From positions 4,278,001 to 4,342,000 of the forward strand of contig JAYWIR010000005.1 of assembly GCA_036172245.1 (NCBI GenBank): a stretch of 64,000 nt of DNA, given 5' to 3'. The notes below the pieces were generated by a model. It had not been told where the DNA came from. It did no database searches and saw only the letters and a program-made list of their open reading frames with translations. The translations under genes and the position numbers were made by a program. Source of the DNA: Raillietiella orientalis. Taxonomy: Eukaryota. Shown one piece after another: positions 49,901 through 62,399 of this stretch; the stretch's first letter is position 1; the number at the start of each line of letters is the position of its first letter.

Positions 49901-52900
49901 GAACCGAGGAGGCTTTTTTATTTTATTTTATTTTTTTCCGGGAAGGACGAAGTGTTGTTTCCTGGGAACGAGGGTGGGGTGGGTGGAAGTGGTGCAAATG
50001 AGCTCCCGTTGCGTCGTGGAGCATTGCATGGCCCGATACGGATCCCTACGAATTGCAGAAAGATTAACGAGGAGGGGGGAATGCTGCATTTCCTACGCGT
50101 GCATGAACTGGTTAGAGATATTGGGGTCACCTCTTCACCTCCCCAGTCTCCAGGGAGACTGGGGAGGCGAAGCTGAACGGATCGAGGGAAACGATGAGAG
50201 CCATGGAAAACCTCTCTCTGGCATTTTTTTTTTTCTTTTTTTTCCAAGTCATCCGGAATTTCTGAGGAAACCGGGGATAACGGGTAATCATGACGGACAG
50301 TTACCTTAATAGTAAAGGAAGCGATCATACCATTCCGTGTCTCCAAAGCTCAACATTAGAAAACGTATAGAGCAGTAATAAGAACATGACCGCACACATG
50401 TGACCTTGAAACTAAAGGTCTGAACGACAAATGCCGCATTTTTCCCGGCTGTATTTCATTTTTCCGTGGACTCCCATGTTGTGACAGCTCCCATCGGTTT
50501 TCCAAAGAGAGGGAATCCGTCCCAAATCGTTCTGGAGCAGAAGACACGAGTCAGCGAGCCGCGTGATTACTTCAAGACGCTAGCAGCTTCCTCCTCACGA
50601 AGAGCCTCACTGCAAACGTAGGGACAGACCAGGTGTCAATACTGGAGGGCAAATCAGTTGCACCCAGTTCTCTCTAATCACTGCGTAATTTCTCGAAAGA
50701 AGCGTGAAAGACAAGCAGAAGACGGTGAAAGAAAGAAAGGAAAAAGGAGCATGTCTCAGCCGATTGAGGCGAACCCTGGTGAGAGCGCATCAAGCCGTAT
50801 TCTGAGGACGTAAACAAATCCATTCCATTTAACAGGGAAAGCCTCATCTGTAGTTTCGATTAGGTCAGCAGCAAAACTCATCGGGCACTTGAAGAAGAAA
50901 GGACTTTGCACTGCTGCGGAAACCACCGGGATTCAAGAAACTCGCCCGCCATGTGCCAACCTACTTAGCCCTATTCGCGATGTGGGAACACGCTTGCGCA
51001 AGCGTGTGATTCCTGGGATACTTTCCACCAAAGATCCTGTACGGAAAATTCAGGAAGCGGAAGAGTATTTCACAACGGGACCTGCCTCGGGAAGCGGGAA
51101 GCGAGCGTGAACTCTTTCCAGAGTAGAAGAATTCAACATGCTGATTCTAGCAGCTGGTCAAGGTGACAAAGAAAGCAAGCAGTGACTCGAAGACTGACTT
51201 GCCAACTCTTTCGCAGCAGTAAAAAGTGGGAATAGGGCGACACAGAGAGAGAGCACCCGAAATCGGAAAGCTGCTGTTAAAGTGTGAAGGCAAAAAACAG
51301 ATGCCAAAAGCAATTTTCAGATTAAGACTTTGGTGGATCGATGGATTGGTAACGAAGCTGCTGCAAAATCCCGTGGAAGTAACCGATGTCATATGTAAGC
51401 CAAGTGTTTCCCCTGGAGCACAGCAATCAGGAATCCCTGTTGCAAAAGACTGCAGAGTCTCGCAAGTGAGGGATGCTTTCCACGAAACTGATTTTCATTC
51501 TAACTTCTAGTTTGTATTGGAAATATTTTCCCTCTGGACCAACTGGAAGTGGAAGATCAAAGGAGGAAAAGCATGATGGGAACCATTCTCACTGATCCGT
51601 CATGGGAGGGAGGTGATTAACACCCAAGGTGCTTTCACTTGAAATGTAAGCCTTTCAGTTTCCTCAGTGAGAATGTAAGGCCGCGATACAGCTGACATCT
51701 TGTTACCCGGTTGTGTAGCAACTCCTCTCGCCTTGCAGGAGCTGGGTCGAGTCGATTCACTTCATCGGTCTGTGCTATTTTCGTCTCGTTCTCCGAATCA
51801 CGAAGCCATGAATGCCATTCTGTCCGCTGCTTTGTGGATCCTTCAATGACTGCATCCCTGACCCATCTGAATCCCTGAACTGCGATCTCGTCTGCACTGC
51901 AGAACGAGACCGCAGGATTCTGTCAAATTTTCCGCCAGTTTTCGCCAAACATATTGGCTCTAGAAGCTTCCGTGCCTCTCCTCTAACTCGAATAGGTAAA
52001 TCCCATTCCTCTTCCAGACCACTGATTTCAATGAAACGAAGTTATCAACTGATGCGACAGTCATCGAACCTTGCAAGAAACGTGGTGCTTGAACGCGTGT
52101 GACCCTCTTGGCACAAATCGTTACCAGTACTTCCTTCAGAATTCTCGACTGCCACCATTCCTCGGGTTCCTCGATTTTCCATTCTTCTCATGCCTTTCAA
52201 GAGAAGACAAGAAGGCTCGGTGGAGAGACTTGACTGGAATCAAAAGCCTGGTCTACTCCTCTTTAGAGCGCCATCCCGGAAAACAAAGGTCATTTCATCA
52301 ATTAGTTTGCGTGGTGAGTAAGTAAAATGGCCCGCCATTCCATTGGAAGACATTCCTTCCGCATCTTAGTTGTTGCTCTAATGCTTCGGGCTGGAGCGGC
52401 ACCACCCTGAGTACGGAAAGGAGCAGCGAGGGCGCACTCACGAGACACTCTGATAAATCCTTGGTTCCCTGGGATGGAAACCCATTGCCCTAACATCCTT
52501 CAGGGCTCCCTTTTAAAATAAATGAATAACAAATGCACGATGAGAAAAGAAGCGACGTAATTACGCCCGAGGAAAATATGGTCTCTATGACAACTGGGTA
52601 GTTCTGGACGCACCCCGTGTGCGGTTTCCAGGATCATAACTTCGAGCAGCTCTGCTCAGCATAATGCGCACTGCGATCACACTTTTAGAGATTCATTGCT
52701 TTGCTAAGATCATCCGCTGTATCTGGGGAATAAATAAATCCCTTTTTCATGCCACGGCAGAGGAAGACTTGTTGCTCTGCACATTCGCCTTACGCTCTAA
52801 TCCCAGATAATATTTATGATATAATAAAAAACTGGAAGCGGTCCTAAGCAAAATCCCATGTTTAGAAGAAGGAGATCCGATCTTTTGTGGCCATTTTTTT

Positions 52901-53866
52901 CTGGATTAAATCATCAACTTGATGTTTCGAGAACAATGTTGTAGCTCCCATAAATGAAAGCTCAACTAGAATTAAGTGCTTAAGATTCCAAGCTCTTTTG
53001 GAAAGAAACAGATATATGTGGTCCTTTTGAGCTGAGTAGTTGGTTTATGCTCACGGCACTTTCTTTGTGACCACGAGAATTCCTCAACATGTGAGGAGCT
53101 GGGACAAAGAAAGGAAAAGAAGAAGAGGAAGTAGAAAAAAGGTGATGCTGAACTTATATTGGCAGAGAAGAGAGGAACGTGTTTTTTCTCTTTAAAAAGA
53201 AAAAGAAAAATGAGATGGAACCAATTGAGCCACAGGAAATATTCGTAATTTTCATTGCTAGCGGCGTTCTATTTGCGCACCTCAAGAATCTGCTTGTTCC
53301 GATCTTGCAGGAAGAGTCGCATTATTTTTGGAATCCTCGGCAAATTATGGAATGTTGCGCAATACTGTTTAGGCCTTATGGCATTCGCAGACCAAAGCAC
53401 ATCTCCATCCCTCTCTTGAAAATGTCACTGCAATCGCCCTTTGTCCTGCAGAGACGCTGCAGAGTCGAAACGGTGAATTCTTGAGCAGTGGTTCCAAAAT
53501 GGGGATTTTATCTCAGCTATGAGAGCGAAAAAGTGTCGAGTTACGAAAAATCTGAGGAGGAAATTGGAGAAAATCGCCCGAGGCGGAGCAGCCCTAGACA
53601 GAGATCGTTATCCCTAACTGCGCGAGCGGCAAAACACCTGACTTTGACATTAACATATTCTGTATTTAAGCGTTCGCTCAGCCTTTATTTATTTTCAGTG
53701 TCGACCGGTCCGGAAATTCGTTTTTCCTCGAACTTTTAAAGAGTGCTGGAAATCGGAATAGGAAAGTTCCCAGAGGGCATTTTTTTTTTGCCTAACGCGT
53801 CGGTTCGGCAAGTCACGTGAACGGGATCGGATGATGCGGAGAAGTTGCGATTCGGTACTCGATGTA

Positions 53867-53882
53867 CGCGCGCGCGCGCGCG
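53867..53882. repeat. (CG)8 microsatellite
   Basis: Read directly. Confidence 0.95.
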
Positions 53883-53899
53883 TTCCGTGGGAGGCGAGC

Positions 53900-56290
53900 G
53901 AGGGATCCGCCTGCGTGTCCCCCCGCGACGTGGAGTCCCGGGTCGGACCTCCCCCGCCTCTCAGATCCACGCAACCTCTTCCGGAGCTGCCGGACTCCGG
54001 GGTGTAAGAGCTTCTTCCTAGGGGTCCGCCGCTCGGAGCAGGTCCCAAGAATCGGGCGCCATTACGGCGCCTACGTTGAACGCCCTGTTTATGGTTACAG
54101 TGAACTCCCGCCCGCTTGAATAGGAGACACGAGCGGACCTCAAGCGGAAAGACAGGTGCTGCTGGCGTGCTCCGCAGGAAGAAGGGAAGCGCGAGCGTTC
54201 GCGCGTTCCTCTGTTACTAAGGCTGCGGCATCGGAGTCTCTAAACCTACAGGGCTCCACGAGGACTCTGAAGAACGCGACATTCTGGAGTTAAACAACGA
54301 GGAGGACGCCTTATGCGGCCATGTAGACCAGGGCGAGATTGCCTACAGCCCACTCCTTCGCTGGGAAACCCATCCATTGTCTCCGAGGATCTCGGGAAAG
54401 CGTCCGAGCTCGCTGGGAAGACAACGAGCCTCTCTACAAGCGCTATCTTCGAAGAGCACGTGACTCAGGAGAGCTCTTTTTCGCAGGAACCACGAAGGAT
54501 CCTGCGCTCTTAGCAACTCTCACGACGATCCTCCCTTCCTGCCGATTCCTCTTTGCCCAGAGTCCCCTAAACCCCGTCCTGAGCGGCCGTCTCCTTACCA
54601 CTGTCGGTTTCCGCGGAAGACAAGTTGCATGTCGGGACTCCAAGCCTCTCGCATGAGGAAAAGCCCCCTGGCATTGTTACGTGATTGGCCAGGCGTCCCG
54701 CGACTTCCCCCTAAAGATGCTCCGCTGACCTTCGCTGCCATCCACCTCCTCTGCGGATCGCCCTTCGATCGCCAGTTCGACCCTCCGGAGGAGCCGAAGG
54801 AAGAGTCTGGCAGCTTCCTTCTTGCTTGCCAGGAAAGGACCAGAGAACCCTCACTCCTCTTTGCTAACCTCTACTTCAACTTCGCCTCGGCTTCCTCGAC
54901 CCAAGTCAGAGCTCTGTTGCCGTTTCTTTCGTGACCTGAAAGGGACTTCCTGCTCCTGGAGGACTCTTTTTGGAGGATTCCCTCCCCTTATCCCCCAACT
55001 CTGCCGGTCTCATACGATCTCTGCCATATGAGACCGAAGGGAATGGATGAGATGACGAGATGTGCAGAGGATCCCGGGGGCGAAATGGGGAACGGATCCT
55101 GCGTTCTCTCCAAAGAGGATTCGCAACCGGAAAAGGAAATTCGCTCTCCAGAGATTCAGTCCGGGTCATTTCTATTCAGCTGAGTCATCCCAGAAGCAGG
55201 GAAATCACTTGAAAGACCGGAACTTAGGGTGAGGGAAATCCCGAGGTGCAGGATGGGGTCAGAAAGAGGAGCGGAAGAAGCTTTCCTTTCGAGGAAGCGA
55301 TGCTGCAGTTCGATTTGCCGGACTGTTCCCCAGAACTAGGCAGAGAGTGGCCATCTGGAAAGAGAATCGCCAAGGAAATCCATCCGAAGAAAAGAATGCC
55401 GTGGCAAATCTGAAAGGAGAGCGGGCGCTCGGAGTCCCTCGCTTTCTGATACCGACGTGAGAGCATGGCGAAGGAAGAGAAAAACGCCAGCTGTTGCGGA
55501 AACTCTTGGCCGAAGGAGCGCGCCAAGACGGAAAGCCCGAATGAAAGGGAGGAAAGGGATCGAGTCTTCACCCCTATCTTTCATTGCGGAGTTGAAGGAG
55601 GGTGGAAGGTGGCTATTTTTAGACGGGGATGAAGTTTTCGGGAGCAAGCGGTTCTCCCGTGAATGCGAAAGGCGATGTTCACGCACCCCACTCCCCACCA
55701 CTTGCGTCCCCGTGATCCTTGATAGGTTGATCTTGTCGCTGGAGAAAAAGCAAGGACAGAAAAAAACCCGGAAATGCCCGACTTGAGGGAGGAGGCTGCA
55801 TCAGCTTGTAATGGGAAGCCACCTCGAAAAGCAAATACGGTGGAGACCAAGATGTGACCTCCGGCAGCGCGTCTTCCCGTGCTGGAAACTTACAGCGAGG
55901 AAGGCAGGCAGGCTGTCCGGCGTGACCTGATGCATTCTGCAATCAGCTGGCGGAACGCTTGCAACATCTGCAGAGAGCTTCGACGGCGGAGGGGGACACC
56001 TCTGTCGCACATGAAAGGGAACACCGGGTTTCCGCGGCTGAAGCAGCCAGCACACCGGCTGTTCGATACCCGGAAGCACTGGGGTGTGCGTTTACGAAAG
56101 CAAACGCGCAAAGCGGGAAGCCGGTCCCCACGCAACATGTAGATGTATCCATGTTTGCGTTTCACAAATGGGCAGCGTTGTAATCAATGGCGACAGGATT
56201 CTCCAGCATCTTCTTTGTCTGGATGTCCTTTCCATTTTATTTTATTATTTTATTGTCTTTTCCATTTGTGCTCCACTCGAGGCTACGGTC
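53900..56290 (+). mobile_element. Internally deleted L1/Tx1-like LINE
   Basis: APE-like FSQEP, VLSGRLLTTV and LLFANLY (54470-54875); linker RKARMKGRKGIESSPLSF (55525-55585); RRDLMHSAI..CNIC (55915-55975); T-rich tail at 56200-56270. Confidence 0.55.
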
Positions 56291-56419
56291 TCGCGTGGGT
56301 TTCTTCATCTCGGCCGGTGGTCAGTCTGCCCCTACAAGGGGGGTCTTTATAGTAGCTCATGTTTGGAATGGAAGCTGAATGACCGACGCGCTGGTCGTCT
56401 GCGTGAAAAGGATCGAGAC

Positions 56420-58550
56420 GGATCAGAGTAGGGAAACAAGGCGTAGAGTAAATAAACAAGGGAAGGATGAGATGGGAGACTAGTCTCCTAGAATACGTCT
56501 TGCGTAGTCTGCGCAAGATGTGGACGGCATCCTCCTTTCACTCCGTGCAGATGGGGCCATCATCTCGCCGCATCTTCCACCAAGTGAGAGGGCAGGGATG
56601 AGAATGAAGGGAGTATTGTGGCTCAGGAGGGCGACCTCCTGAGCCACAATCCTCTCGATACGACAACGAGATCTGGCAGCGAGTTGGCGGCAAAGCTCAG
56701 GTAGAGAAGGCGGCAAGACCTGGCTTTCAGAGGTTCTGAGATGCCTCAGGACCACTGCGAAGGGGGTTTGAAGAGGAACAAATGACCAGAAACTTGGGAA
56801 TTTCCCGAATTTGTCGAAAACCATCTCAGCTCTGTTCCTCGTAACAGAAGCACCCAAGTTGTGTGTCATTCCGCACTCGCGTCGCGTTGCGTGCCAACCC
56901 AAAGCCTACCTGCAGGGTGATGGGCGGGAAAAGTGGCCACCGTGTCCTTTCAGGACCTCCGACTTCAATATGAGCAGAATTCAAGCTAGGGCTTCGTCAT
57001 ATCGGGCGCTGCCGAGAAAGGCATCCGTTGTCCGTTAGGGTCATGGATAGCCTGGCCTGTTTGCCAAGTCCTCGGGTAGGAAGGGGGAGATTGTCTGGGA
57101 CTCCAGGATGGGTACGAGGAATCCTCAAGCGATAGTCCAAAAGCTGCTCTGCCTCAATTAATTTTCCGGGTTGGCTATGCTCGGTAGAGCTCCGGCCATG
57201 TGACCGAAGTCCTCAAGGTCCGAACGCTCATTCCGAAACCGGAGGGAGCGAACCTTTGCAGAGGCTTCTTCGAATCCTGGAGCCATCCCTGGCGTGAGAC
57301 TGGATGAGAAGGAATCTCGGACGCCAAGCAGCAGGAGGATGCTTTAGCAGAGAGTTATCGGGACACGGGATTCATTCCTGAACACAAGACCTCATTCCAA
57401 GGCGAAGGAATTGTTCCTTCCAAGGGTCCTGAAACGACGTCTTCGAAGTGATCTCTGTGCTCTGGATGGTTTCGCATAGATTCTCAGAGTCCGGATCGCA
57501 GTGAGCTGTGTAGACCGTGGTTGCATCGCTCCCCCTCGAGGCAGACAAAGTCTGAAAGCGAGAAACCAGACGGCACTCTTCGAAAGTCTTCTACTGGACT
57601 GTGTCGCCAGCGAGCAGGGAGGGATCTCCTCGCATGCAGCTTCCCATGAACTGCTGGCACAGCAGCCAGGCACTCGAAACCTCCCTTGGGCCACTTTCTG
57701 TAGTTAATTCGCGCGGCGATTCTTGAGCCGGTAGGCCACGGTCTGGTCATATGTCCACTCGTCTCTACCGAAAATCTCTTCGAAGGCAGGCGGAGCTGGT
57801 CAGCTGCTTCACTGAGGAGGGCAACAGCCACAAGCGCTTGCCAGCTGAGGACGGTGAAGTCGTGGTAGAGAGATGGCTGAAGAAGCGTGGTTGCTAGAAT
57901 TATGGCACCGTTTCATACAGGGCTGCATCTTCGGGAAGTGTGTGGACCCGGCAGGTGGGGCACCGGATCATTCGGACTGGCAAGTGTTATGTTCCCCTCG
58001 AGCGGCGAGGCAGCAGCGGGAATGATGAAAAATCACCAACGACCGACCTCGGGGCCAGCGTTCTGCAGGAGAAAGGAAGCGCGGAAGAACAGATGGCACC
58101 ACACCAACTCAATCTGAATTCCCCACCTGAGGCAGCATAGCCACGAGTACTGCGAAGGAAAAATCCTGGAACAGACTGCGTTGTGCTCTCACGAAGGTCC
58201 TGGGCTCACACAGCAACCTCCTTGCGGATCGTCTGAATGGTGAAAGATCTCCCGACAAACAACAGCACAGACTCTTCACTCCTTTGTCAAGTGTCAAGAA
58301 AAGACTCCCCGACGTCTCTGGAAGCAGCTTTCTCAACTCCAGGTCTGACGAGGGAAATGAGACCCAAAATGCTTCAATATCTTTCGTGTCCTTCGAATGA
58401 CCTCCGATAGATGGAAAAGTATCGCCCGTATACGAAATGTCCCAATCAAAGACTCTAGGAGTGGATGATCGACGGCTAGGTCACCTGTCCACGGCACTCT
58501 TTGCTGAACGACAAAGTCCTTTAACAGGATTTTTTCCTTCAAACTGATAG
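56420..58550 (-). mobile_element. Decayed L1/Tx1-like RT to 3' end, tail-to-tail with the previous element
   Basis: AVDHPLLESL (DRVxH-like, ~58480-58445), LYHDFTVL (YADD-position-like, ~57870-57845), RECG..VF..FW (~56880-56785) and family-type tail at 56480-56430. Confidence 0.4.
56611..56654. repeat. Perfect 16-bp hairpin with GCGA loop (20 bp with one mismatch)
   Basis: attgtggctcaggagg-gcga-cctcctgagccacaat (56615-56650), extended by gag/ctc. Confidence 0.9.
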
Positions 58551-58733
58551 ACTCGAAGACGCTAAAAGAGTATTCGTCTATTTAACCAAAGCATTCGGAG
58601 CAGCAGAGGGTCCCGAGACAGTTTCGCAAGAGTGAAGCAGGAGGAACTTCAAGAAGTTGCATGCAGATGCTTCCAGGTTCGTGCAGTTGGAGTTGCAGCC
58701 ACAAGAGGTATTTGGATTTACAGATTTGGATTT

Positions 58734-61700
58734 GCTCGCGTTGGCGACCGTGTGGATGAGGCCTCCGCGCGCGGTAGCAAGCGTTACTGGTTCGAATCCC
58801 CACGTGGCGGATCGACGCCGAGAAATGGGTGCGTCCTGGATTTCGACCCCCCCGCAGGATGACTCTGTTTAGCCTATTCGGGTACAATACTGGTGGAAGC
58901 CGTAAACCACTCGGATGCCTCCCTTTGATTGGCCGGGATTGGAAGATGACCCTTCAGGGTCCTTCCAGGAATCAAGGAGTCCTTCGGGGCTGTTCTCCTC
59001 CGGTTGTGAACATGGATTGGCAGGCGAGTGATCCGGGAATGCCTTCGTTCCTCCCTGCTATTCAACTTATTTGCCGTTAGAATATGAGTCGTTTGGAATT
59101 GGGTCTATGAGAGTGACCTGGTCTTGGCAGGGGGGCTGGAGGATCGATTTCCCGAACGCTACCTTCAGGGCTATCCGTTAATCCAAACAGATGTGCGGCA
59201 TTTAAACTTTGGAGCAGCGCCTACTTCCACCAGAGCTTACTAAACAGCAGACCTTAGAAAAGACGCTTGCCGTGATGGATCGCCACGGTTATCTCCATGG
59301 CGAAAACAGGACACCTGCTTGGTCGCTCCCAAAGTCTGAGAGTGTTCAGGGGCAGCAGCCTCAGATAGCTCTTCGGAAAACGCATCATTTTACGAAACTC
59401 ATTTTACGACCAAGGAACACGTGCATATTGACAGCTCAAAGGGATGGTGATGTTTCGGCTCACCAAATCCATCTGACGAGGACGGTGCAGCTCCATAATG
59501 GATGGTTCGAAACTTTGGACTTTTGCAAATGCATCTGTGCAAGACTGATCTCCCAAGGTTTCAGATTCGGTGGAGAAAGGCAGTGGATTACAGGCCATCA
59601 CCAACTCGAGAAAATTTGGAGGGGGGGGGGGGGATTTCTTGTCGACGGAAAGCGGGGAAGGTCCAGCAAACATGGACACAAGCACAAGGAGACCATCCTG
59701 AAACACTGAAAGGCCTCCAAACAGCTTATCTTGTGGAGACATTGGTAAGCTGAAGAAAACCCAATGCTCCAGGGGTGAGGGAGGGTACTCAAACCTGACG
59801 TCATGTGCCTCTCTGAGTATCCAGCAACTGCACTGGAAGAGGCGAGATAGAAGGGCAGGTATCTAAGACCAGCTTCCCACTTCCAGAGAAGTCCCTGAAT
59901 AAGAGGAAGATTCTCCGAAGGATCTCTAGGATTTGGGAACTCAGAGAACAGCAAAGTATTAAGGGAATTAAATATGCTGAAGAAGAAGGAGGAGCAGAAG
60001 AAGAAACAGTGTTCTTGTACATTCAGTATTCTCAAGACGTGTATCGAAGTATCGGGTGGGTTGCTGTTCGTCCTGAAACAGCCTCCAAGAATGCAATGAA
60101 GATGGATTGAAGAGGGCGAGCAGACTGAGAAGATGATGGGAATTTCCCTCTTCCACTGTTTGTGTCCTTATCATGGACTCAGCCAATCAAACATGAATCA
60201 AGTGGATGAGAAAGTAGGTCTGACCTATCACTTGTAAAAGAGCAACTGGGTATTTTCAACCGATAGGCTGAGAAGGCGCATTAAGCGCACCGAAATTCCA
60301 GCATTTCCTCCCATATCTCCTAGAAGTTATTAAAAATGAAGAGGAACCCTGAATCCCTGTTCATAAACAGGAATTCAAGGTTCGTAATGCCACCTCAAAC
60401 CACAACTCCAGGAAGGTTCTCCTGTTAGAGTTTAAGGGTTTCGCCTAGAGAAATGACATCCCTGAAAACTGAGGAAGGTTATCCCCGAGGATTTCTCAAG
60501 GACTTCAGTCCCGAATCTGATCAATCCCTGGAATCAATCCCAACATAGTTCAGAAGGATCGGTGGTGCCCCTGGCCGCATGCTTATTTGGAACTCATTTC
60601 CAGAGTCTTTCCTTTCTGAAAAAATCATCTGCGAAAAGGGAAAAAGGGATGCTGAGAATCCTGGACATGCCTGCACGCAAGCATGCAGAGCTCCCGAAGA
60701 GAGCGCGGAGGTTTCTTCAGATAAAGGTTGAGGTCATCAACAACATAATTATCCTGGCTGCAAGCAAGCTTCAGGCGTGTTGGATACTGAAGAGATTTCT
60801 CGAAGTTCCAGGGGCGAGAAAGAGATGTCTCGTTTCGGAGTTGTGCTGTTTGGCAGCCATTCCTGCGTAGCCTCCGTCATCCTGCAGGATTTCCTCCTCT
60901 CGCAAGATGCTTTATCGAGGGAAGAAACAGATGCAAGCTGCTCATAACCTCATTCCTTGAGCAACTCTTGGAACTGTTTACGAGAAGCATACTGGAACAG
61001 GCAATCTCGGAAGAACGGGAAGTGCCTTTTGTAGTCTAGGAAGCCACACTTGCACTGAGCGCAAGAACGAATGCCTGATCGCATATGTTTCTCTCAAGTG
61101 CTTCCATGGTGGAAGCGAAATGGTCTTCAACGATCCTTTTGGCTGGGAGCTCCAGGAATGCTTTAGTTCTTCAGAGCTCCTGGTGGACTCGATGCAGATA
61201 GTTCAGTCACCTTCGACTATGGCTGCAAGGTCGAATCCGCTCTTCCAATCCAGATGAAGCTGTGGCTTCCAGATTTCACAACTTGTTCCTCATTTACACT
61301 CTTATATCTGTGGTCAGATGGCACAAATTTACGGAAACTCCGAAATAGAACATTATGAACCAGTAGCAAAAAACCTGTCCACTGTTCTGAAACTCTCGAC
61401 GCTGGAGGACGCTAGCTGAGTTTTCCGGCATCGCATCCAGATCCATGGCCAAATTATGAAGAGTATCCCTACCGGACAATACGGACGTCATAAATTGCAA
61501 CGTAGTTTAGGCATCCAGAGCAATCCTAGAGGGGGAGTGTCTACAGTTACGGAATCAGCGCGCGATCAATCAAGGGAGTCGAAAGGAAAATCGCATTTGC
61601 CACAGGAATCCCTCTTGCATGAGTAAGCGCCTGGAATGCCTGAAAAAATACACAAGCCATTTTTCTTCTTTTGCTACAAAAAAGCGAAGATTTAAAGCTC

Positions 61701-62330
61701 AAATCTTTTCCGTTCCTTCCACGTGAGAAGAAAAATTCTGGAGCTCCCGAAGTTTCCATTACTGGAGCTCAGTTTCTGACCACGAAAAGTCTCTCCACTC
61801 ACGGTTCTTCTAAACGAGGGCATCCCACACCTACAGTAATCCTTTGAAAACCAGACAAACCATGGATTTGCAGGAACATCAATCAGCAGGATCGTAGCCA
61901 CCAAAGAATTGGTAACTGTTGCGATCTGTGCCACGTGTTGGAAATTCATCCGGGAATATGAAACTGCCTCATAACAAGTGCCGACGAACCGGCAATCGAA
62001 AAAACCATACCCAGCTCGAGATCCTGTGGATGCCGAATTTTTTATCTCCCTTTGCCTTCTCCCTCTCCTCCTTCCCCGCGGAAAGGAAACTCCAGAACTG
62101 TGAACCAATCCACTCGTATCAGTCTTCCAAAGTAGTGCTGCATGAATGCCTCCTGTACGGTCCTCGGGAACCCGGGAGACCCAAGGAGGGAGGAGGTGCT
62201 GAAAGAGTTGAACATTCCTCAGAGCCAAGCGGAGGACCACGGAAAAGAGATGGTGCGTTCCAGGAACCAGTACTTTCGCAGCAAACGCCGGAAGCATTGG
62301 TTGGGCCCATGTATGTGCTAAGAGGCCCTT
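58734..62330 (+). mobile_element. tRNA-headed leader (copy D) followed by a decayed, internally deleted RLE-type element
   Basis: TGGCGACCGTGTGG (58742-58755), GGTTCGAATCC (58789-58799), leader homology to ~59175. Then AQRDGDV..MHLCKT module (~59435-59545), CHVL..MKLPHN (CCHC/RHN-like, ~61925-61975) and ERKLQN..VVLH..YG..EEVLKELNIPQ (RLE C-terminus, ~62080-62225). Confidence 0.6.
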
Positions 62331-62399
62331 AGAAAGCCACAGCCTTGTCCAGAAGGATGAAATAGAGAGGATGGCAATACCGACAATATGATTGAGAGC

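Noticed and set aside
50900..50945. GIQETR, an APE-like motif of RTE/CR1 elements
   Set aside because: Single short motif without supporting neighbours.
52703..52725. U2 snRNA-like gctaagatca-N6-gtatctg (Utopia/Keno target)
   Set aside because: The branch-pairing bases differ, the flanks do not match U2 and no element junction is adjacent.
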